Shown here: positions 37,038 to 48,200 of the stretch, in pieces | How the letters are laid out: every line of letters begins with the position of its first letter | Position numbering within the stretch: position 1 is the first letter of the stretch | DNA from: Haliotis rufescens | Taxonomy: Eukaryota | Length of the DNA: 64,000 nt | Direction of reading: 5' to 3' | NCBI RefSeq assembly: GCF_023055435.1 | Contig: NW_025964001.1 | Location: forward strand, 1,674,001-1,738,000 | Notes under the pieces: generated by a model | Database searches by the model: none | Told to the model about the DNA's origin: nothing | The model's input: only the letters and a program-made list of their open reading frames with translations | Made by a program: the position numbers and the translations under genes

Positions 37038-40000
37038 TTAACAAAATTTACTGAACAACTCTATTTCTTTTAAAAAGCCAATAATTAAATGAGAACTAAT
37101 AGTGTTAAAAAGATCCTTCATAGAATTAACCTTGAAATAGTTATCCCTTGTGATGGAAAAATCAACACAGTCAAGCAGGACATGCTTGACCGTGATTCTT
37201 TCATCACAAGGGATGCAAAACGGAGGATCCTCACCTTTCAATAGATATTCATTGGTGTAACGCGAATGGCCAATACGACATCGTCGTAAAATGACCTCTT
37301 CAAATCTGGACTGACAACCCAAGTAGGTGTAACCGATATTTGGTTTAATGTCATGTAATTTATTGATACCTACTTGGGTGTCCCACTTCTGTTGCATCAG
37401 ATCTCGTATATATGATCCAATCACAGGCCTGTAATCAGTGTATGGAACAAGAAGTGGTGTCACAGATTTGTTGAGTGCAGCTTTAGCAGCAGCATCGGCC
37501 ACTGTGTTACCTTTGATTCCAACATGGCTTGGTAACCAGGAAAAAACGATGTCGCATTGGCCAGTGGCAAGTTCATTATATAATTCAAGTATTTCGATTA
37601 AAAGTGGATGTTTTGTAGATTGATTTGTAATTGCCTGAAGACAGGAAAGAGAGTCGGAAAATATAATAAATTGTTTATGCTTCGATTGTTTACGAATGTA
37701 TTTTAGTGCTGTTAATATGGCGTTTGACTCGGCTGTAAAAATAGAACAGTTATCCGGTATTCTAGATGATATTGTCCTGGATCCGATGATGGTGGCGCTT
37801 GCAACTGCGTCACCATCCTTTGATCCGTCGGTAAATATAGATTGATAAGTATTATATTTGTTTCGTAACTGATTATACTCTTGTTGAAAAATTAGTTGAT
37901 TGGTTTCAGATTTTTTAAATTTAGTTAAGGTTAGATCCACCTCTGGTTTCACTAACTGCCATGGAGGGGAAGTCAAAAGTTGGGTGGGGGCTATATTTTC
38001 GAGAATTATTTGAGCAGCCAAAATGGACGATTGTATTCTTAGTCCAAGGGGTGGAGTGAGTGATGATTTTTTATTATATAGGTCTTCATAAAGAGGGTTA
38101 AAAACACAGTCATAGGCTGGATTGGAATTCAAAGAACGTAATTTAGAAACGTATTGTAAAGATAACTTAATGCGACGTTGTTTAAGTGAAGGCTCATCAG
38201 CCTCCACATACAAACTATGAATTGGAGAAGTTCGAAAGGCTCCAAGGCAAAGCCTCAGGCCCTGATGATGAACAGAATCCAGTTTTTTCAAATTGCTTTT
38301 ACATGCTCCACCATAGACGATGGAGCCGTAATCAAGTTTAGAGCGGATGAGGGCTCTGTACAATTGGAGGAGGGTTTTCTGATCCCCTCCCCATTTTGCG
38401 TTTGAAATTACTTTTATGATATCAAGAGCCTTCAGGCATTTAGTTTTTAAATAATTTATATGTGGCAGAAACGTCAAGTGATGGTCAAAAATAAGACCAA
38501 GAAACTTGGCCTCTTTGACAACTTTGATAGGAGCACCATCCAAAACTAAATCAGGGTCCTTATGTTGCTTATACTTTCTGCAAAAATGAATGCAGTTGGT
38601 CTTGGCTTTTGAAAATTTAAAGCCATTTTCCAGACACCATTTATTGATTTTGTTTAAACACAATTGTAGTTGTCTTTCAATGGTATGCATGTTTTTACCA
38701 CGACAAGAAACATTAAAATCATCCACAAATAATGATCCATCAAGTGAATCGTTTAAAACCTTCGACAAACTGTTTATCTTTATGCTGAACAATGTTACAG
38801 ACAAGATACTGCCTTGTGGGACACCCTGATCCTGATTGTAATGGTCAGACAGGGTTGAACCCACACGAACTTGAAATTGTCTATTTTTTAAAAACTGAGA
38901 TATAAATAGAGGCAAACGGCCCCTTAAACCAAAATCATGTAGATCTTTTAAAATACCATACTTCCATGTAGTATCATACGCTTTTTCGAGATCGAAAAAT
39001 ATTGATACAGCATGTTGTTTATTTATTATGGAATTTTTAATAAAAGATTCTAAACGGACTAAGTGATCGACAGTACTACGATTTTTGCGGAAACCACATT
39101 GAATGTTAGTAATGAGATTGTTGGTTTCCAAGTACCAAACTAAACGATTATTTATCATACGTTCCATAGTCTTACAAACACAGCTAGTGAGGGATATTGG
39201 TCTATAATTCGAGGGATCAGTATGATCACGACCAGGCTTAGGTATAGGAATGACAGTAGCATGTCGCCAAGATGATGGAAAATTTCCAGAAGTCCAAATA
39301 TTGTCAAAGATATTTAGCATAGTTTCTAAACACGATTCAGGTAAATGTTTAAGGAGCTGATAATGAATATTATCAGGCCCCGAAGCAGTATCGTGAGCTT
39401 GCCCAAGGGCAGTATGGAGCTCATGAATGGAAAATACTTCATTATAATCCTCACCGTTATCTGAGTGAAAATTAAGCTTCTTTTTTTCTTGTTGTTCCTT
39501 ATATTTCTGAAAGTTAGGCACATAATTAGATGATGAGGAATGTTGAGCTAATGTTGCACCTAATTTATTAGCAATATTAGATTTATCGGTTAGTAGAGTG
39601 TCACCCTCCTTGAGATGGTGAACACTGGATGTGGATCCTTTTCCTTTAATTTTCTGAACCATATTCCAAACCTTTGAAATAGGCGTTCGGGAATTAATTT
39701 TAGAAACATATGTTTGCCATGACTGTCGTTTATATTGCTTAAAGGTGCGACGAGCCTTGGCATTTGAAATTTTAAATTGATTCAAGTTATGGACTGTTGG
39801 ATGGCGACGAAAATATTTTTCAGCCTTTTTTCTAGCCTTTCTAGCTTGTTTGCAGTCCATGGTAAACCATGGTTTACGGATATGTGGAACCGTAGAGGAC
39901 TTTGGGATACATTCATCAGCTACTATATTCAATTCATCAGCAAAAACCTGAATAGGGTCATTATCATTTAGAAATAATTCGGGTTTTAGTCTTTCAGCGC

Positions 40001-40727
40001 ATAATGTTTGAAATAAAGACCAATTGGCCTTTGTAAAATTCCATCTTGTAGAAGGTGGAACATCAGTTGGATTAACAGTTGATAGTATAGTTTGGAAATG
40101 GTCACTTCCACATAGATCATTGTGAACTGACCATTCAAAATCGTTCAGTAAAGTAGAATCAGTGAGAGACACATCCAAAGATGAGTAAGTGCCAGTTGCA
40201 GGATGCAGATACGTATGGGAGTCATCATTGAAGATACACAGATCATAATTAGATATAAAATCTTCAAGTATTTTACCTTTAGCATTTGTGTTTGTACCAC
40301 CCCAGAGTGGATTGTGGCCGTTCAAATCACCCATGATAACACAGGGCTTAGGGAGCTGATCGTAGAGATTTTGAAGATCAGACTGCTGGAGAGCTGATGA
40401 CGGCGGAATATACAGAGAACACAATGTAAATGCAACGTGCAAAGTAAGTCTCACTGCAACAGCTTGCAGATTAGTATTGAGAACAACAGGACTGTGTATA
40501 ACGTTCTGTCGCACAATAATTGAAGATCCTCCTGTGGCCTTATCCCCTGGAGGAGAAAACGAATGATACGCACTGAACTGACGTAAATTAAAATTGTCTG
40601 TCTGCTTTAAATAGGTTTCTTGTAAGCAGAACGCTGATGGATTAAGATCCTGGACTAAGATATGTAATTCATTAAAATTAGTCTTTATCCCTCTACAATT
40701 CCACTGTACAATATTATTTGAAGACAT
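37038..40727 (-). CDS. LINE ORF2: APE endonuclease, reverse transcriptase, RNase H, C-terminal zinc motif (1229 aa)
   Basis: QWNCRG, LQET, GDLNGH, SDH (APE); YRPISL, QCGFR, FFDLEKAYD, GVPQGSILS, LFVDD (RT); IFTDGSK, AESNAI, FSDSLS, WLPSHVGIKGN (RNase H); CIPC..HVLLDC. Confidence 0.97.
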   Translation of the reverse strand: MSSNNIVQWNCRGIKTNFNELHILVQDLNPSAFCLQETYLKQTDNFNLRQFSAYHSFSPPGDKATGGSSIIVRQNVIHSPVVLNTNLQAVAVRLTLHVAFTLCSLYIPPSSALQQSDLQNLYDQLPKPCVIMGDLNGHNPLWGGTNTNAKGKILEDFISNYDLCIFNDDSHTYLHPATGTYSSLDVSLTDSTLLNDFEWSVHNDLCGSDHFQTILSTVNPTDVPPSTRWNFTKANWSLFQTLCAERLKPELFLNDNDPIQVFADELNIVADECIPKSSTVPHIRKPWFTMDCKQARKARKKAEKYFRRHPTVHNLNQFKISNAKARRTFKQYKRQSWQTYVSKINSRTPISKVWNMVQKIKGKGSTSSVHHLKEGDTLLTDKSNIANKLGATLAQHSSSSNYVPNFQKYKEQQEKKKLNFHSDNGEDYNEVFSIHELHTALGQAHDTASGPDNIHYQLLKHLPESCLETMLNIFDNIWTSGNFPSSWRHATVIPIPKPGRDHTDPSNYRPISLTSCVCKTMERMINNRLVWYLETNNLITNIQCGFRKNRSTVDHLVRLESFIKNSIINKQHAVSIFFDLEKAYDTTWKYGILKDLHDFGLRGRLPLFISQFLKNRQFQVRVGSTLSDHYNQDQGVPQGSILSVTLFSIKINSLSKVLNDSLDGSLFVDDFNVSCRGKNMHTIERQLQLCLNKINKWCLENGFKFSKAKTNCIHFCRKYKQHKDPDLVLDGAPIKVVKEAKFLGLIFDHHLTFLPHINYLKTKCLKALDIIKVISNAKWGGDQKTLLQLYRALIRSKLDYGSIVYGGACKSNLKKLDSVHHQGLRLCLGAFRTSPIHSLYVEADEPSLKQRRIKLSLQYVSKLRSLNSNPAYDCVFNPLYEDLYNKKSSLTPPLGLRIQSSILAAQIILENIAPTQLLTSPPWQLVKPEVDLTLTKFKKSETNQLIFQQEYNQLRNKYNTYQSIFTDGSKDGDAVASATIIGSRTISSRIPDNCSIFTAESNAILTALKYIRKQSKHKQFIIFSDSLSCLQAITNQSTKHPLLIEILELYNELATGQCDIVFSWLPSHVGIKGNTVADAAAKAALNKSVTPLLVPYTDYRPVIGSYIRDLMQQKWDTQVGINKLHDIKPNIGYTYLGCQSRFEEVILRRCRIGHSRYTNEYLLKGEDPPFCIPCDERITVKHVLLDCVDFSITRDNYFKVNSMKDLFNTISSHLIIGFLKEIELFSKFC

Positions 40728-42070
40728 TAACTTTTAGGGGGATTGACAGGAGATCTACCCCTCACCTTCCTTGAGGGTGACAAACTTTGTGCCCTTTGAT
40801 GGCTGATGTCGGACACATCCATGTCCTCAAGGGATCCATACTTATTAAAAAGTTGGATCATATTCTCTGCCCCTTTTGAGGCTCTACCACTCTGATACCT
40901 TTTGGAAGATTCTGATTTTGGTTTAGACTTGTTCTTAACAATTTGTTTGATATTTTTGTCTGAGTCAGATGGTTGAGCTGATAGAGTTGATGACTGTTCT
41001 CGAGTTATAGTTGAATCCTTACCACAAGAAGTCTTGGACTGAGTTATTTCTTGTGACGTGATGAGTGTTTGGGAACTAGAATTCTCATGTGAATGCCTCA
41101 CCTGGACAGCTGCAGACAATAATGTGGGACCAGATGTTTTAGTCCATGTGTAATCGGTCTGGCAACCGGTGGAGTGACATGTAACAGGTTTAGTCTTAGA
41201 AATCTGGAGTGAAGCTGAAAGAGCAGTAGAATAGGTTGGACCTGGATGTTCCTGATCAAGAACAATCTTTTTGGCATCGAAAAAAGAAATGTTGCGCTCG
41301 TGCTTGATTCGTGAAATTTTAGACTGGAGTTTCCATGTTGGACAATCTTTGGATGAAGAGGGGTGGTTGCCAGAGCAGTTGACACAGAGTGGAGGTTTGT
41401 CACAGATGGTATTGTTTTCACATGTGCCAGCACATCGATGACATGCAGCTGGAACATGGCATGACTTTGATCCATGGCCATACTTTTGGCAGGAGTAACA
41501 GCGCAAGGGATTTGGAATAAATGTATCTACCCTTAAATTACAGTAGCCAGCTTTGAGTGAGTCTGGACGCACTGGAAGACAGAATGTGAATAGATAAGTG
41601 TTGGTTTGGGTAATTTCATTATTTTTCTTTGCTGTGAAGCGTTTGACGGCAGTTACTCCTTGGGAAGTCAACTCTGTCACAATGTCATGTTCTGTCATGT
41701 CTGAAAGGCAACGTCCGATGTCACGTACGATGCCTTTACTGCTATTTAATGTTCTGTGAGGAGAAACCTGAACAGGAACATTAGCCAGTGATTTGGTTGA
41801 TAAGAGAATTTGAGATTGAGTGGGTGTTCTGCATTCAATTAGAAGAGAGCCAGATCGTAGTTTTTTCACTTCTTTCACATTGCCAGCCAAACCTTCTATG
41901 CCCTTTGCTATGGCAAACGGATTGAGTTTTAAAGGACTACCATCTGGAGCAGACATCACAAGAAATCGAGACCAATATTCAGGATTTGTGGGACGTTTAT
42001 GAGTATCATCATCCTCAGAAGAGAACGAATCATCAGATTCGTGAGAGCGTTTTTTGAGTGGGGGTGCCAT
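40727..42070 (-). CDS. LINE ORF1 gag-like nucleic-acid-binding protein (447 aa)
   Basis: VKKLRSGSLLIEC, PHRTLNSSKGIV, NPLRCYSCQKYGH; zinc knuckles CX2CX4HX4C and CVNCSGNHPSSSKDC. Confidence 0.93.
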   Translation of the reverse strand: MAPPLKKRSHESDDSFSSEDDDTHKRPTNPEYWSRFLVMSAPDGSPLKLNPFAIAKGIEGLAGNVKEVKKLRSGSLLIECRTPTQSQILLSTKSLANVPVQVSPHRTLNSSKGIVRDIGRCLSDMTEHDIVTELTSQGVTAVKRFTAKKNNEITQTNTYLFTFCLPVRPDSLKAGYCNLRVDTFIPNPLRCYSCQKYGHGSKSCHVPAACHRCAGTCENNTICDKPPLCVNCSGNHPSSSKDCPTWKLQSKISRIKHERNISFFDAKKIVLDQEHPGPTYSTALSASLQISKTKPVTCHSTGCQTDYTWTKTSGPTLLSAAVQVRHSHENSSSQTLITSQEITQSKTSCGKDSTITREQSSTLSAQPSDSDKNIKQIVKNKSKPKSESSKRYQSGRASKGAENMIQLFNKYGSLEDMDVSDISHQRAQSLSPSRKVRGRSPVNPPKS

Positions 42071-42597
42071 GGTAGTTTTAAATGTGGTTCACCCTCCTAG
42101 CTCCCCACCCACCATGGAGTGTCAACGTGGACGATGCCACACGTTTGTGGATCTCCAACAGACGGCACCAAGGATACCAGGAGGGTATACTCAAGCAGAA
42201 GTATTAATCGAAGATCAATATATCCACCGGATTGGCCCATGAGCCACCGCCTTCTGGCACTGGCATCTAGGCAAATTTTGAATTTATCAAGAACAAAATC
42301 AATAGTCATGTATATTCAAACATATGTCATAAATTCAAAAAATTCAAACAGTAAATCAAATACAGTTATACATTTCCAAGCCGAATATTTCGAAAATTGA
42401 GCAAAAAGGTAAGGTGCTCAGGGCTTGGCATGACCAGCCGATTGATAAGACCGGGCCCATCTTACCACCCGTCTAGGCGAAGTAAGGGTCGAAGTAGTGT
42501 GTTGGGCAAAGGAACACAGTTCCAGGAACCAGTGCCCTCAACTACCAGACTCCCGTCCTCCGCCGACACAGGGACGCAACCCACGGCAAACGGGCTG

Positions 42598-42668
42598 CCC
42601 ACTTTGGTCGCCTCTTACGACCAGCAATGGGGTGCTGTGGAAATATTCTACCCCGGTTCCACACGGGG
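42598..42668 (-). ncRNA. Conserved pseudoknot + hairpin RNA motif in the LINE 5' UTR
   Basis: CCCCG/CGGGG stem; loop TGTGGAA pairs with TTCCACA; then CCCA/TGGG encloses TGGTCG-TAAGAGG-CGACCA. The same architecture with compensatory changes starts the family-A repeats. Confidence 0.65.
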
Positions 42669-42726
42669 GAAGAGCTATTAGCGCTACCCAGCACTCACCA
42701 CGAGGAGGTTGCTCTTCACGAGTGCC
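42669..42726 (-). ncRNA. Minimal HDV-like self-cleaving ribozyme at the LINE 5' end (predicted)
   Basis: GGCACTC(P1) GT GAAGAGC(P2) A ACC(P3) TCCTCGT(L3) GGT(P3') GAGTGCT(P1', G1-U wobble) GG(P1.1 with L3 CC) GTAGCG CTAA(catalytic C at 42681) TA GCTCTTC(P2'); G1 abuts the TSD. Confidence 0.85.
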
Positions 42727-44385
42727 TGACGTCATGTAAAAGCACACCCATGTTGGTGGTTTGACAACAAGGACGTAAGTTATAATGGTAATAAATATCC
42801 ATCAAACGATTCCAAGACTTTTCAACAAACACTTAGGTCTTGGGTTTCAAAACCTACCTGCCATACCGTCTTCACATCTTCATAAAATGATCCTGTGGAA
42901 TGTCCACGATTTATCCAACACAGTCCAACACACAAATTATATAGTTCTGCCCTATTCTCTAGGCGAGAACGAAATACGTTTGTCATAGGGAGTAGCGTGA
43001 TTGAACAAAAAAAACATAAAATGTATCACGGCACCAATCGTAATCATGTGGTGTACGGTATATCTGCAGTTTATGAATAGTATTTCTCACAATATATACG
43101 GCAATCGGTGATTTCAACCGTGTTTTTTTCGTTGAGTTCGTCTTGCCTTCATCTGAAATCTGGATGTCAACGATCGTGTAAAAAAACCTGGTAATGGTCC
43201 AAAATATTTTCAAGTGATGAAATTATTTTTTCTCGTTTCCGTCACATGTTTTCATTGCCCAATAGCAATGTGTTTTGGCAAAGTCACACTTGTCCGAAAG
43301 TTCCTCATGCCGAAGTTACCCGATCCGTTAAAATTGACGGGTCCCATGCAGTGACCAAGATTCCCTGTTGATTGTCATGCCAAGTGTCATTTGCATAAGG
43401 CCATCCATATTTTTTGTATGTGTTTCTCCCCTCAAGCCTCAACTAACAAGAGAGCGGGCGGACGTAATAAGATATATTACTTTTTTTTAAATGTCTTTCA
43501 ATAATTGTGTAAGTTATTCTATGCCATTTAAAAAAAGAGTTTAAACTCTTGGTACTAGAATCTAGACTATGAATTAATTTATGATGTAGATCTAGTCGCG
43601 TTGCTTCGAAAACGAATTTTTGATAAACAAGTGAAGAAAGATATAGTTGACCTGGTTCTTTTATGACGGTGCGATGGTAGATCTAGTAGTATTTCTTTTA
43701 TTAGATCGGTGCGCATTATTCCACAGCGGCAAGAACGATTGATACATGAAATGAAATTTTATATTGTTTCAGTCGAAATGGAGATAAAATACGGACAGCC
43801 TCACATACTTCTAAACGATGTTCAGATAAATATTTGTTCACATAAATTCTGTCATGTGCGTGACCACGGATTTCAAAATTATTTTCATCAAGCTTATTCG
43901 GGTGGCTGGCTACACCTATCATCCCTTCTTCGGCATGAACACATGATTGGTCTCGAAACTCAAAGCAACAATGTTGCTCTCTGTTATAATGTCAATGCCT
44001 CGACAATGTTCCTGGTCAGTTAATTTTAACAATGTAATACACAGAGCCTCATTCACGGCCTCATCACAAGATTCCTTCCAAATACCGACCCATTGATGAG
44101 GGTCACGACCTTGGGATGAATTACTAAATATTTTCTTGAATACTATTATTAAAAACATCCTGTACATGGTACTTTTGGATTGCACTGCTGATTTCTTTTA
44201 TGACTTTCTAAAACCTTTTGTTTCCCCCCTTTCTAACCATGCGATCTCCGAGCAGCCACGCCCCATGAACCCATTAGATTGCTGCTTACAACTGTCAAGA
44301 ACTTTGCAAATTCGTTTGCCTTTAATATGAGCAACAAAACATTTTAATGTGACGCTTAATTTGACGGAGAGTTGATCGAGAGCCT

Positions 44386-44930
44386 TTGGTCATTTCGATA
44401 ATGACTTTGTCAATAAGTCTGTGGGGTCTTCACAACTCGACTGACCAGATATGCGAGATGAGTATACAAGAAACAGTGATATGTTCAACGCCAGCAATGT
44501 TCATTTCTATGTCTACATTAGAATACTATATTCTGTCACACACGTCATCACGTCATACCTTACCTGTAAGGTAACCAGCGTTACTAGTGCTAACTCTCCA
44601 AACGGATACGATATGAAAACGGACGCTGCACATGTCGATTACGTTTGTCAAGGGATGTCAACCTGAAGGTATCAGACAGAAGAACATCACTTTGAGGTTG
44701 CAATACGCGATCAGGTATATGTTTATAGTCTGTGCATTACACAAGGCATGGACTTTAACATTAGTCGTGTACATGAACGTGTTTTTATATTGACAGGCAA
44801 TCATGTCGGCTTTGATGTTTGTCAAATGGGTGCATGCAAGCATTAGCAGTAACATTGACTTTCGATGCCCAGGAGATGAGTATTAATCAAGACAGGCGTT
44901 GATCTGTAGCTGGGATGTTAGGTCGATGAC
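44386..44930 (+). repeat. Upstream block of gene B, duplicated at 63457-64000
   Basis: Highly similar collinear sequence (ORF-track peptides 44386/63457 and 44451/63486 are near-identical); ends about 210 bp before the gene B ATG. Confidence 0.92.
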
Positions 44931-45139
44931 GTACTTTGCAACAGCAATCGGAATTCAGACCGACGTATGCTAATCGACTCAACACAGTGTATCGTGACAG
45001 GTGTTGTTTTTCGTATATCCGGGTTTCACACATATAATGGCCTGAGGATAAAAGCCAACATCCAGTTTGAATTGACCAGTTTGAAAGAAGTTATCAGAGT
45101 TTGTCCAGACACACAGCCTCGGAAACAGACGCCCTTGCG

Positions 45140-45215
45140 ATGTCAGGGCTGTGTACCTTGCAGCTGATCATCTTCGTGATGTACTCATCCGCGCAGGTTT
45201 GGACACTGTCTCTGG
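45140..45215 (+). CDS. gene B exon 1 (signal peptide)
   Basis: ATG at 45140, hydrophobic 25 aa, strong donor G|gtaagt, phase fits the next exon. Confidence 0.7.
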
Positions 45216-48200
45216 GTAAGTTCAGTTCATTATGCTACTGTTTTCTCCAAATATATCTATATTAATTCACACGTATTGCGTATTTAGATTTGTGGAATTG
45301 GTAATGATGTTATAACATGTTTATCAAGTACCAATGTACACACGCACCCAAGAAACATATATTTGTGTGAGCATTCGGCAAAACATTGACACGTTGCAAA
45401 TGCGCATTAATGATTTATTCTGATGATACCCTTTCACCGTAATTAAACCTGTAGTTTTAATAATACCATTAGTACAATTTATTAAGTGATATGTTGATTG
45501 TAGTAGTTGTTACTTATTGAATAGCATAGTCAAATGTGATGAATAGAAGGTATGTAGTAAAGATCTATCAGAAACGCGTCAGTTAATTGTGTGTTTTCAA
45601 TGAGTAAAATGGTCTATGATTCTACTAGGTTCAAGCATCTACTCGGTATACTTTTCTTACCAGATATTTTGCTGAATATCAAGGAGCATGATAAATGCCC
45701 ACATCCTGTGATGTGCCATAGAAATGTGTCAGTCAATAGTCAGTTAAATGTGACCAACTGGCTGGTCTCTGCTGGGGAACAATTTGCTGCATCGAAGACA
45801 GGTAATATTTGCTACCTATTTAGAATATCGCTCAGTTCGTTCTTACATTCTTTTCTAAGGACTGCACAAAAAGATGCAACAGGATAAACAACTTCAGTTT
45901 AAATATGACTCATTCGACAACTTAAATAATGTATGTAGTTATATTGGTACATATGTCCTAGTGGCACAGTTACGGCATTACAGTTTGTTCATGAGTTTCA
46001 GTGAGATCGGTACATGGGGATCTGGTGGTCCTAGCATCTCTGTCTCCCTGTCAGCGTCACTTCAGTCCCTCCTGCCACAGGGATGACTTCAACATCAGCC
46101 TCTGTTCCGTGGTCTGCCCCGCCTTCCTTTCCAGCCATACAATATATATTCAATCAGTGTTCAGCGTCACAAACACAAAGCAGTCCTACTTTAATGCCCT
46201 TGTCAGACCCGATTCCATGGAGGTTGTCATTCGAGGCATTAACGTGATACTCGGTCATGTGAAGTGGAAGACGTTAGTTGTTATAACTTCATCCAATGAA
46301 GGTAGGATATACAACAATCCATGTTATCCAAAGTCCTGTGACAATGATAAAGGCGCATGGCCAGATAATATATAGTATTCTCCTAAAGTAACGTTTCTTG
46401 CAATTACAACCAGCAACTACGGACCGAATATGCCATGCAATTTCGGACACAACAGACATTTATGGATATAAATACAACTTCGGATGCCATAGTCAATTTT
46501 GGATATGGTGTACAACTAAACCAACAAGAGTCAGTTACGGATATAATACACAAATTAGTATTTAAATTGCCATTGAACAAAGCTATCGTAGTGTTATAGT
46601 AACTGATATGACAGTTATAAAGCTAGGCTGTGAATAGAGTGGGGACCTTTTACCTCCAGATGAAATTCCCCATCTGCAGACATAGTCAGTTGCATTAGAC
46701 CTCCGTGCGGAGTACGATATTTGGGGGTATATTTAATACCGCTCAGTCCGATGTAAAATATTAACCATTTTACACTGCAAGTATTACACTACCATACTGA
46801 CAATCTTTTTTAATATATGAAGTCGGACAAAGATATGTTTAATCTTCTATATGACTATCCCATCAGAAAATCAATATTAAACATATGAGCAAACGGATAT
46901 AATACCTATCAAATTACGTTATTAACAGTTTTGACTACACTGTCTGGAGGTAGACTGGCTTCTCTCAAGTTACTGCTGTATATGATAGATGATCCCAATA
47001 AGCCACAAGAAAGTATTGACCTCTCCAGCATATACCAGCTGCTTCCAGAGAAGGACCTCAACCTTCTTGTGATGTGTCCCTCTGAGTGTGCACAGAAGCT
47101 CCTCAATCAGGTAGTGCCTGAAAACTGCTGGAATGTTTACAGTTCAGTTTGACCCACAATAACCATTACATAGCTTTCTTAATGCTATGAGTTCTTCCCG
47201 GGAAACTGAAACCAAAACAGTTAAATGTTCATTATTGCGCATATTTCAAAAGGTGAACGAGATTTTACTATGGTTATGACATTTACAACAACTGCAGGAA
47301 AGATTCCAGTTTCACAACAATGTGCATGGGAATGCATAGTTCCTGAAGCATTACACCTGTCCTTGGGAATATTTATGAGTTCTATTTCGTTACGTATTTC
47401 GGATATTTTGTACAAGAATTTGAGTTAGGTGTAAGGGCATGTAATATTTTAATGAAGATCATATAATCAGTTCTGTACTGCATGAACATTGAATGGAAAT
47501 AGATATGTTATGGGAACGGAGTACAGATTTGGTTATATGATGTACTTGACTGTTTATTGTCAGGCTCACTTCCTGGAATCGAACATGTCAGTGACGAGGG
47601 GATCTGGGGTCTCACAGTGGCTGGTGGTTCCTTCTACTGGAAATGTCATGGACATTGCACACAATCGTGAACCATTTAAAACTGATGATGTTGTTTTCCT
47701 GGAGTTCAATCCGTGCCCTAGGTATTATTCACCACTGGTAAGCAACTGTGGGGTGTGGGTGTATAATATAGTGTAAGGGACTAACCATTCGGGCTGCAAA
47801 CCTTCAACAGAACAATTGTGTTACTAAATTGTTATTAATGGGAAATGAATTTCATGGAAAAAGAAAATAATTTGTATATGACTATGGATCATTACAATAT
47901 GGATATTTATTTTCTGTCAAAAGAATTTACATCAATAATACGAATTGAATTCCTTCATCAGAATCAATAACCTTGTAAGTACATATATTACGTATATTTA
48001 TATATATTACGTATATTACTTATATGATGTGTTCGCTCCTGTCTCTTTTTTAGAACCTGGAGATTATCACGAAGCATTTGTCAAGCTTGGAAAAGATTCT
48101 TATGACAGACCAGGCGGCTGACAAAACGCAATGGATACGGAAGGTATCTGTTTTCAATAGGGTGACTCACATGGGGGTCAGATTGCCACAGTACTCTCAT

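Larger units (their letters stand above)
36485..42726 (-). mobile_element. Full-length intact non-LTR retrotransposon, I group (Nimb-like), 6.24 kb
   Basis: 13-bp TSD TGACGTCATGTAA at 36472-36484 and 42727-42739; (ACTC)n 3' tail; two uninterrupted ORFs; 656-nt 5' UTR. Confidence 0.95.

Noticed and set aside
42598-42668. Assignment of the pseudoknot motif to pistol, hammerhead, twister or a second HDV ribozyme
   Set aside because: It lacks the CUGANGA/GAAA core, the pistol P2/P3 arrangement and room for HDV P3/L3/P1.1; left unassigned
44386-44666. ORFs conserved with 63457-63731, suggesting a small protein gene
   Set aside because: Two overlapping frames are equally conserved, which reflects DNA-level duplication; no recognisable protein features or splice context
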